This document shows, piece after piece, positions 24,501-36,500 of a stretch of 64,000 bases of DNA (positions within the stretch are counted from its first letter, which is position 1; the number at the start of each line of letters is the position of its first letter). The stretch is from positions 9,486,001 to 9,550,000 of the forward strand of contig NC_135251.1 of the NCBI RefSeq assembly GCF_964204865.1, written 5' to 3'. The translations under genes were made by a program, and so were the position numbers. The stretch comes from Styela clava. Its lineage: Eukaryota. The notes beneath the pieces are model-generated. The model was not told where the DNA came from. It did not search any database and saw only the letters and a program-made list of their open reading frames with translations.

Positions 24501-27500
24501 TTAATGAATCTTGTTGAGAACTTACTTGCAACTCCTACAGCTTGTTTTGGTGTAGGCTCTGTCTTTACCTGTTAAAATAATAAATAAATTGTGTTTTTTT
24601 TTGCGTTTTTATTGGACCCTACATTACCTATAATAGCTTCAACTATAATTTAAGTAATTGAAATAACGTACATTATCTCATCAGTTTGGTAACAAGAAAC
24701 CAAGTTAGGTCCCATTTGTAAGAATTGTTATAATAGGGGGACATTAAAAAGCCTAGTTGTTACCCGAAAATCGAAATATTAATTTTATGACTGCTCTTTT
24801 AGAAAAAAATGCACCGTTCGAGCTGGATCGTAAGTGCCTATAATGCTTATTCTGTCTCTTTTGATGATAAACATTAATATTGAAAAGAAGATTTACAGGA
24901 GTTCCATTTTCGTTGGCTTTCTTTTCTCCTTCTTCACGTTTCTTTCTCAACTCTGCTCTCTTTTTCTTTCTTTCATCTAAACGTTGTTGTTTTTCTCGTT
25001 CTTCGTCTTCCTTCAGTTTCATGGCAGCCTTGTAGACATGATCGTATTCTAAATGAGAGAATTAAAAATGAATTCGGAGAACACAAAAAATTCAACGAAA
25101 AAAAAAAGATAATAAAAATTATATGGAATTTGACTGTAACTTTCGCTAGTTTCTTAGATGAATACGCATGATGTTTACTTACTCATCAAGTTGCTCAAGT
25201 GAGCAGAGCTTTTGAACTAATGGCTAGTAATTGATTTATAGGCGTGCATTAAAAAACAGTTTTTATCAAGAAATCCAGATTAGTTTTCAATAAACAGAAT
25301 AAGAGGGTTTGTAATATAGGACGAAAGATATCAAAGGGTAGACAAAAAACGTAACTCTAATTCGAATATGGATAAACCTGGCGGTTTGTTTTAGTCGCAT
25401 TGGAGTATTAAAACTAGCAATTACTATTCCTGTGTGGGGTAAGTAATATTTAACTAACCTCCATCGCCAAAGTTGAAGTTTACTTTGGTATCAAATGTGG
25501 AATGAATAGTGATGAATTCGCAAGTGTAGGTTCCGTGTGAATAATCTGGCGTTGGATGATTGAAAACAAGAGATACAAGTCCCAATTCTCGATCAATGAC
25601 GCACTAGAAAACGGAAAATGCGAGGTCAGTGAAAATACGTTCTTGTTTTTAAAAACCTTCAACCCAAAATTTTGAGGAGTGCAGTCGCCAATTGCTCCGA
25701 CCTTTGTACTTTTGTAAAATGAGATAATCATGATATTTTAGAAAGAGCAAAGTTTGTTATTTATGTCAATTACTAATTATCGAATGTATAGCGATAATGC
25801 CAGTTTTAAAATATGGATCCAAAAATTTAAATTTTTCTCCATATAGAATTTACCACACATCGATTAACCGTAAAAACAACAACAGAACAATCAATGATAC
25901 TTACAGAATATTGCTTTTCCTTAGTGTCAATTTCTACATCATCCTTGTACCAAAATATTTTGACATCATCGCGAAGTTTTGCAACTACACAATATAATCG
26001 AATGATTCCCGGAAGTGCTTCCGACCGCAGGCCTTGCAAAAAGTTGATCGCTGTAACAAAAATATAAGAATTGGGTTACAAGGAAATTGTATGTTGTACA
26101 TACATGCAAGAGACTAGGATTGATAAAAAGTAATTACCGGAAAGTATTTTGGGGACTTTTTTCTATGAACAGACATTGCACAATATGCGACACACAACAA
26201 TAGCAGACGAAACATGATGTATTTGAAATTCTTCTTAAAATATGATTTAGTGCTGTTTAGTCAAGCAGTTCACATTTTTGTGATATTCTCATTTCATGTC
26301 ATTCAAACAATTTGTTTCTTTCAATTCAAACGAACGTTATTGCGATGAGTTCAATGCTAAATTTGAAAGTATGCAAGTTGTATAAACTTCATATACTTTT
26401 GAGTCAGAGAGTGAAAGGTTTCAATTTTTCTGCTCAGCACCTTATTCGTGGCATAAAAATGTAATAGTATATTAGATATTATTATTGGTATTAAAATTTG
26501 ATAAACAATCCAAATTTTAGAAGTCAATCGGGTCAACTCATCTATACATATTTCAGACATGATGGGACGTTAAGTTGTACGTGAATGATGAAAAAATGTT
26601 ATTGCGCCAAATATTCGTTTTAAATATAAAACTATTCTATATGTCATACCTGCATCTTCTGCCTGCAGTACTGGTGCCTTAGGAGGGGGAGGTGGTGGTC
26701 TCTCAACATCTATTTCACATCTTGTTTCATCTCCTCCACATTTGCAAATGATTTCACCACTGTCTTCGTAGTTTAGGTTAAGAATCTAAATAAATAGAAA
26801 GGTTTAGGATGTGACCTGAGTAACTTGATGTGTATTAATTTATAAGTGGACCTTCATCGTAATCAACACAACTATCGAAGATAATAAAAAAAAATTGATA
26901 GCAACGTTATTGCTCCGAATTTTCACTCTTAGTAAAGATTACAACAGCCATATATAAAGGACAATATATATAATAAATAAATGGGATAATTTATCATATC
27001 GCGAATATGTCCAAACAATCTAAAAAGATAGTGACACAATATCTTTTGGCGTGAATGGAAACAATAAAAAAGTGTTCGAGACTAGTGACATGGTTAGTTG
27101 TATAGTCATATAAACAGTTACTATATGTAGTTCCAGATGAAGTGAACAGAGTCAGAATTGGAAGTTTCTTTTTATATTTCTGTCGATAAGATAGGATTTC
27201 TATTTTTATCCAGGGGAGAGAAAATACGCTAAGAAGGCTTAATCATATGGCGAACCACAACCTCTGGTCCGGTTAACAGTACATGTCGGGTATAGGATTA
27301 GTTAGCCAGCTATTTGTTTTCATATGTATGGACGTAATGGTGACTAGCAGTTACGTGACCGACCGGCGGTTAGGTGAACCACCCTACGGCGGCGAGGAGT
27401 ACAGCAATCCCCTGCACATAATAAACCCCGAATGGGATTCGAAACTGCGCAGGGTAATCAGAGGTTCGTTGACTATAGCGATTCCTAACTCATATCACGA

Positions 27501-30500
27501 TGCGTCACACCGCCGAGCCAAAGATGGCCGCCAGCATAAGATGATTATTTAGGCTTGAAGTATAAAACTACCAATTACAAATATAACTTTGAATTGGGTT
27601 GCGCGAGACTAATTCCCTATCCTTCCTCTATGCCTTTATATTAGTGGATCCGTATGCGTATACTGCAAGGATGCTGTAGCTGGAATAAACATGATTATAC
27701 TGTCCAATTCAAGAGTCCTGCTGCACACTAACACAAATGTATTTCTGTAACGTTTCGTCTGACCAAAATCAGTAAACTGTTTGTCTGACTTTGGTCGGAT
27801 GGAACGTTACAGAATTACATTTGTGTTAGGGTGCAGCTGGACTCTTTAATTGAATAAATTACAAAATATGATGGTATTTTTCATTATCTTACCTTGAGAA
27901 TTCTTCTGTTGCCATCTTTTATTATCTCATACTTATCATCGCCTTCTTCCACGCGTTCACCATTGTGATACCTGGTATTAAGATACAGATATCTACATGA
28001 ATAATATGATTCACGTTATGAAATCGCGCATTCACATTGCAAAACATGAGTAACTTTTATCTTTAATATGATGTTAAATAAAACAAAAATTCGTTAAGTT
28101 GAGTTTTATCTGTTAATGTGTTTGTTGTATTATGATGGAATATCCAAAAGTTTAAACATGCTTAAATAGTTTTATGAAAAAGTTCACTCAAAAAAAAAAC
28201 GAGTTCAGAGCAATAAAAACACTTATGTTGAAAGCAAACACTAATCCAGAATATATGTATATGTATTTATTGTTTGGATAATTATATCATTATAAATAGA
28301 ATCACAGGTATTTAAAACCATTTATTTGTATACTATCAGAGTTTATGATAAGTCGTCTTAAAAAATGCGGAGTTTTAGAATATATTGATCACGGAAAACA
28401 TAAGTAACTTGAACATTAACACATTCGTTGTTATTTAGTATAAAATTAACAAAAATAGATACATGCTCCAATAGTTTTATAAAGAAAAAAGTTTGCTTGA
28501 AGGTAAATTTGAAGAAAGTTACCAGCGATCACCATTGTACAAAATTTATCCTCATTATCAGTGAATACTGGTTGGCATAGGACGAAACAATCAAGTCAAT
28601 ACCGTCAGGGTAAAAGCTTTAAATATTAATGTTCAATCATACCAAGCACATTCTGGCTCTTTTCCATCTTTATACAAGGCAGATGGAAGTATAACACAGT
28701 CGAATTCAGCCTCCTCTTCTTCATGATCGTAGTCTCCTCCGTGAACAGAATTAGTGAATTGAGCTGGAAGAACTGAAAATGCGTGGAATATAAAATAGAA
28801 TACCCAACATTATAAAATAATTAGATTTCCTTTTACCACTCACAGACTCACATTTTGATTGTTGCAATTTAATTATTAATAACGATTGATATTGAGTGAA
28901 ACGCACAGTGGCATTTTATGAGCATGGAGTCGAAAATAAATACAAATAAGATTAGTAATTAAAATGATGATATATATTTAACATATATAAAAGAAATGTG
29001 GCTCAAATGACTAGGCCAATTCCCCAAAACGATAGAAATTAAAGATATAGATTGTCAATGTTAATAACAGTAGTTTCAATACTGCAAATTGTTATTTTTT
29101 CAATTCGGTATTAAAACCTTTGGTGTATCTGCTCGATAACCAGCCGAGACTCACCTTATCCCGATAAAACTGTGTAATTGTCATTTTCTCGTTATTTGTG
29201 TTTGATATATATTTTCATTGGTTGGAAAAATAAACTTGACTTGAATTTACCAAATGTTAATGCTCAAGAAAGAACAAACCTCCGTCAACAACCAAATGGG
29301 CGGTGAAACTACCACCAAATCCTGCAACTGTGTAGGATGCAACGTCATTTACAGCACAATTCTTCAGAACAAGATTTCTCTTGTTTCCATCGCTTATTAT
29401 TTCGTATCTTTCATCTGATTCAGAAATTTCCACACCGTTCTTCGACCACGTCACCTAAATGATGAATTCAATGTAGTCAAGAACTACTTTGAACCAAAAC
29501 TAGGTAAATTTATAATCACATACTGTCTTCGATATCAGTGTGCTGGATTTAGCTATTGGACGTTACAAAAAAATCTATCTGCTTTTATCTAAACGTATGA
29601 TTGTAATTATTTGATCAAACAGTTCGATAGTAATTTTATTTTAATAAGATCTAACACTTTTGATATTAACAGTCAGGTATTTAAATCAATACTAATCATC
29701 TTTTCTACGTGCACACTTTTTCCTCACAAAAATGACAACAATATTCAAATCAATACTAATCATCTTTACTACGTGCACACTTTTTTCCTTACAGAAATGA
29801 CAACAACCAAATAATTTTTGAATTCAGCAATATCCCACTCACCTTGGCGTCATCTCGTGTTAGTGTGCACGAGAAAGAAGCAGTTTCTCCTCTATTGATG
29901 TAAATATCTTCCGGACATTCAACAAAGACAACCGGAACCACTGCAAAATGTATCTTCATTACAAAAAAGTTTGTGCAAGGACTCGAACAAAATAGTTTGA
30001 TAAAGAATACAGACACAATAATTTATTGGTTATAAATAATTTGAATTTTTTTAAATTTCAAATAAAACCAGCAAAGCTCGCACACCCCGCTACATATTGA
30101 TGAAAATTAGTTCAGAATGTCATTTGTTAATGAAAACAGTAATCAATAGCATTCACTGTAGGTTTGTTTATAAATACATTCTAGTTAACTATTCATATAA
30201 ATAAGTTTTTCAATTCCAACGCCAATATTTGTTCAAATTATACCTATTACAAAATGGCTTCGTAATTAGAGTGTTGGGTGCAAATAAGTTTGAGTTGAAG
30301 ATCTGAAGTTGAGCCTTGTACCCGATACCTCGCATATAACGGGTGTAATAGGAAATTGGGTAACAGGAAAGATTTAGGATCATTGACAAAGGTACCTCCG
30401 TGCCTATATCAGTGACCGCTTATTCGTAGTCATGAAAGTATTAAAAGCAGCATAAAAAAAACATTAAGCTCTACTATTTCAAGGAACAAGAATTTCCATA

Positions 30501-33500
30501 TAAAATAATATATTTATGTGTATTTAAAATAAACTAGTGCATGCAAGAAAACATTCAACCTTGTGATAATTCACTTACTTCCATCAACGATACAATAAGC
30601 AGATGTAGCGCAGTCATTATACAAAGCAACACAGTGCACAAGTTGTATGTCAGATATCTGACAATTATTTATCGCCAAAGATCGTTTGATTCCGACGTGA
30701 ACTATGTCATATTTTCCTTCTGGTTCAACGATTACCTGGGTTTAAAAATGAAATTTGTAATATAAATTTTAAAAATCAGAAATTGTAATTTTATTATGTC
30801 TGATGAACTTTTTAATCGCTTTTTCGAAAGTGACGTATTGGGTTAATCTATTTATAAGATTTTTCTTGAAACAGTTACAGAAAATAAAGTTTTATTTTAT
30901 TCTTTATATTGTTTATAGGCTATGTTTATTACTACGTCACCATTACCGGAACTCAACAACAATATTGTCGCTGAATGAATGACACGAATATTGATCCCAC
31001 AAAAACAAAGCACTTGCATTTTTTCTATTTATTTTCTCATATAATAGTCGTATAATGCTTCTCGTACGACAAAGCTAAATATCTGTATACGAATCTCAAT
31101 AACATTGATTACCTCTTTGTTATTTCCAAGGCACCATTTTACTTGTGTATGCGGATCTTTGACGATGCATTCAAAGAATGCTCTTGTCCCGGAGTCAACT
31201 TTGTTTTCTTCAATGCCGCTTACAAACGCTGAATAATAGGAGATTGTCTTAAATTATAAACAACGTGACTATTTTTTCTATTTATGTACAAATCACACAA
31301 GGCGAACAAGAACACAGTTAGACTATCGCGTTGATAGAGCTAGGCCATGAATATTCTCATATGCGGTATTCGAAAGATAATTAATGAATGAATGAACGGA
31401 ATAGGAGGTAGTGGGATATATATTATTACGTTTAGTACAAAGTGTTTCGTTGCAATACATCAGCATTGCACTAACATATTCAGTGGAACAAGATGCAGCC
31501 GCTATTACAGATTCTTAATGGCAACAAATAGCATATCAACAGCGTGATGAATGACAAGTTTTTCTAAGAAATGTTTTATAAGCCTTATTTATAACAAGGA
31601 AATAGACTTGCAGTTTCTGACACTCACGTATATTCGCGCGTCATTGGTCGACAACGCGTTTTTGAAATCAACAGAATAGGATTTGAAACGAGCTTGATCA
31701 TAATACCTATATTTATAAGTGCTACTAGGGTTCGTGTAATGAGAAGAACTTTATTTACCTTGTCGTCTTTCTTCTTCCTCCAATGCACGTTTCTTCGCCA
31801 ATTCTTCTTCCTGCTTTTTCCGTCTCATTTCTAACATTGCATTTTGACGAACAACAACTAATTCTGTAACAGTTACAAAATTGAATTCAAACAGATAAGG
31901 CAAAATAAAGTTCAACATCAAATTTGAAATAATTTCCAAATATTTAAAATGATAAAAACTGGTATAAACTATCAAAGCTTTCTCACTAGAATAGTCTTGG
32001 ATTAAAATCAAACATAGAAAATTTATCTAATATTCGATTCCTGTGAATCATAAGGAAGAGTCAGACGAATATTAACGTTTTTCATTTAATCGAAGATTAT
32101 AAATTAGAACCCAAAAAATTTGTTTGTCAAGTGTAATACTTTAAATGCAATAGCATTTATAGGTAACCAACTGTAGGCCTACTGGCATAGGAAGATAAAT
32201 AGGTAAAGTCAGTCTGACTAGGGGGATAATAAGATAATGTGATGTTGTGAACATTTTATTCTGGAACGAATTTCAAGAAATATTTCAGGAGTATCTATAA
32301 ATGTAGTACTGGAAGTACCACATCTGCACAGCTCTATTATATTAGAGGTAACCTACCCCAGTCTTCTCCAGGAGTTACGAAGCACGACATAAGCGATGGT
32401 TTTCCGGTTCCAACTTTGTTTACAGCGCTCACGCGGAAGAAATAAGTTTGTCCTGTGACTAATCCATCTACTTTGTACTTTTCATCTCTGATTTCCTCCG
32501 GCATTTTATTACAAGGGATCCAGATTTCGCTTCCTTCTTTGCATCTGTTCATAAGCATGTTGATCACAATTTGTAATTTTCTTCTTTTTAAATTGGTCAT
32601 ACCCTAATTGGTTAACTTAATTCAACTAGGTTTACAAAATGTATGATACAGGTTAAATACATAAATTAAAACCCTGGTTTGAATCATTCTTGTCTGTGAC
32701 TTTGTTTTTATGAGCCATTACCTAATCAGTTACTGACAATTAAGGAGCTAATTTGTACTATTACGCTTCGGAATTGCGACACATCACTATTTTACACGAG
32801 TTTTGAACTATAAAAATACAATCTGCTGCGAAATACTATGTTCTCGACTTCAAAAAAAGCGGCTAAGTAACCGGTAATTTACCTTTCAACGACATATCCA
32901 ATCATTTCTGCGTCGCCCTTGCATTGTGGTGCTTTCCATTTCAACGAAACTGATTCCACGTCCATCGCCGTTATGAGGAGATTGCTAGGATAAGTGGGAG
33001 GCTCTGTGTAGATATTAAATTTTAGTCAGTGTTTCTGTACTCAAACAAACATAGTCACAAAGGAGAAAGAAAAAGTTCATGGTGATGGAAGTTACAGGCA
33101 ACTAATGATGTTCGACAAGTAACAAACATTTACATTTAATAAATCTAAAGTTTTAACAAATAGTATAATGATAACCTATTATATTGAATTATGTAAATCT
33201 TGACTGCACTTGTGATGATTGCAAGACTATTTGATCGCATTAAGTTGTACATCTTATATTTGTCCATATTAGTATACTCCATGCATTTTTGCTGGTACTG
33301 TCCTGGTCCTGTTGTGAAGTACTAAATGCTTCCGTAAACCAAGCCATATTATGGTCTAATATTATAACACACTACTTCCTAATGAAATAGATGTTCTAAA
33401 AGGACAGTTAATTAGAATGTACTCATATAGTTTGCGGATCTTTCTAAATTTATTTTACGAAGTCGTACTGGGACTTATCGAAAAACCTTTCTCTAAATTT

Positions 33501-36500
33501 TATTTTGAAGTTGATCATGAACGGAATTCTCATAATGAATCACCTGGATCTTTCACCAATACACGTCCTGGAAGCATTTTCCAATCACCGCTTCCAGCAA
33601 TATTGCAAGCCCTAACTCTGAACTCGAATTCTTCTCCAGTGTTCAATCCATCCACAGTAAAATGCCTCTGATTCAAAGGCTTGTTGTTTACAGGACGGAA
33701 TTTGCCACCGGCAGGACGACTGGAAAATGTAAAAATGATTAGAGTTTGTAGCTGTAAGATACTTCTGAGCATGGATACGAGCATACATATGCATTGATTG
33801 AAAAATAGGGGAAATTTAGAATTGCCGTATGCAAAAAAGATCGTCTTATAGGGTGGCTCAGTAAATAAAAACAGAACCTCGGTTTTTCGAAACATATTCT
33901 AGAGAGAACATAACTTACGGGCAATGCATTCTAAAATAAAATCTCGAGGCCTTGGCTCACCCTTGTCTATTTTCGAATATGCATCATTTTGAAGCTTTAT
34001 CATTATGAATTTGTATGCGCGTTGGTTACTAAATTGTACTAGTATTCGATTTTCGCCATACCGAAAATACACATTATACATTCAAGAAATAAAAAAAAAA
34101 TAAAAGAATGACATTTTATATTAAGGGAAGACCGGAAAACCAATACTGGTTTCAGAACAGAACAGAAATGAATACAACAATAGCAATTAAAAAGGCAAAA
34201 CATACATGAATATGAAAAAGTGTAAAGCATGTATAGGCAATCTGATGAAACTAACAGTCGTTTTTGTCAATTTCGTTTCCAATTTACCAGGACTTTTATT
34301 AACAATATCATAATTCAGAAATCTATATAGAAGATTATTACTAGATTCTTGTAGTAACTTACTATTCTAAAAAGTATCCGGTAACGGACGAACCACCATC
34401 AGTAGTTGGAGGATCCCAGCATATTTTAACGGAATTTTTAGTGACGCATGGTCTTCCTTTCTCATCTGCAACTCTGATTAGTCCCTGAACTCCGCCCCAC
34501 CAATTTGGTGGCTCTGAAAAAAAAGTTGAACGAATTAAAACTTTAAAATAAATTAGAAGTTTCGTAATTGGATATCATCCTACAATATAAATATTCTATA
34601 CAACTCTTTCAGTTATAATCTCTCCTAGGCAATATTTTATTTAACGTTCTTCTGTTGTGCATAGTGATGACATTTGATATATGTCATATTTGCAGGGTTT
34701 TAGTATCACGAATTTTCCTCTGAAACAAATACGGAATTGTTGCCGAAAAAGTTTTAAGAATGCTGTTGCCTTTCGATGAAAGATTGAATCATTTGAACGT
34801 GTAAATGTCAGCAAATAATAAGCAGATCTTGTTGAACAGAGCTAACTTATATTTTGGCAAAAAACGAACCATCCCATGCAGAGATTTGTTTCGCGTCACA
34901 GTATATTTGTGAGATATTTGATATGTTTGCTCAGGACAAGGATCTATAGCCATTAAAGAAATAACGATTAAAATATTATGAAGCACTTCGATATTAGAAC
35001 TTAATTTAATCTCAGAATAAAGCATACTTGCTTCGATGATGGACATATAGTGTTTGTTCCCAAAATACATAACATGTAATATCAATATTGTTAGGCAATC
35101 GCATCTATGTCAAATATTATTAAAAAGCTGAAATGACTGGAAATATTGTTATAGAAAAGCAATGATGAATCAAAACTTACTTATTCCATCAGTTGCTATG
35201 ATTGGTTCACTTTCTTCTGAGAACTGACTTGTTCCTCTTGAAGTGACAGCTCGCACTCGGAATACGTAAGATTGGTCGCTTTCCACGCCTGATACTGGAT
35301 AATGTGTCAGACTGTAATAGAAGTTCGACATTACGATTGACTCAACAGGACACTTTTAAATGAAACAAAAGCTTTAAAATATTCCAGATGCTCTAGTAAC
35401 TCCCGTTCAATACTTTAATGTATGAACTGTATAAACTATAAATATATATAAAAGCAAACGTAATACTGGCAAAATAAAATGACCTTCAATGTGTAGCAAG
35501 TTTAATGATAGTAGCAAACCTAATAAGTATTTGATCATATCCAAGTAATATACATATATTAATATAGACTCTCGGATTGAATGAAAACGTGCTGGATCCA
35601 AGGAGAGATAAATAGATGAAAGACTTACAAACAATGAAATGACGCTCACAAGATACCAATATAAAAAATGGCCTACGTGATTGGTGATTGATTACAAATC
35701 TTCCATCCCTCAGATCCAACCATCTTCATTTCAATGTAATACATCGGATCTTCTCCTGCTGTTTTGAATGGTGGGGTCCAACCAACAGTGATGTATTCTC
35801 GGGTTGCCTATGAAGTTGAAAGTTTATATTAGTTTATACTTCCATATACAACGTTCTTTATACTCTTTTTTTTTTAAATTATGTAATCATTTGTTGCAAT
35901 TAAACAGCATGGTTTTGCATATGGTCAAATTGTGCTCTTGTAATTCTGTGAAGTAGATATGGGTTCAGGTTAAAAAAAAATGTGTGTTATTTTACAAGAA
36001 CTACGCTGTTACGCTAAAACCTCTCTCGAACTCGAAATTAATAATATTTGATCAAATTCGATAATTCGACAAGCAAATTAATATAATTACTAAATGTCAT
36101 CAAAGTAAACTATACTGAGACAACTAACCGAAATAAAGCTGGGGTAGCTGAAGTTAAATGCGAACTACAACGAGTATTTCATAATTTAGGTAAAAATATG
36201 ATGGAAAGAAAATGGCATTTACAGTTAATCCTTTGACATCCACTGGAGCACTTGGAAGTTTACTTCTAACCACAGCGCTCTTTGGCTTCACCACAGTATC
36301 AGCCCCTTCTTTTTCTTTGATAATGTCTGTACTGTTCTCAACATCGCTCTGCTGTTTGGCATCAGTTTTGCCATCATCATTTGGCATTGCATCGCAGGCT
36401 CCTATTTCTTCTTGCGACCTCTTAGAGCAAAAAGTCGAAAGTCAACTGAGGGAAGAGCCCAAATTTTTATTTATTCTTGTGAGAATAGACAAATGTCATG

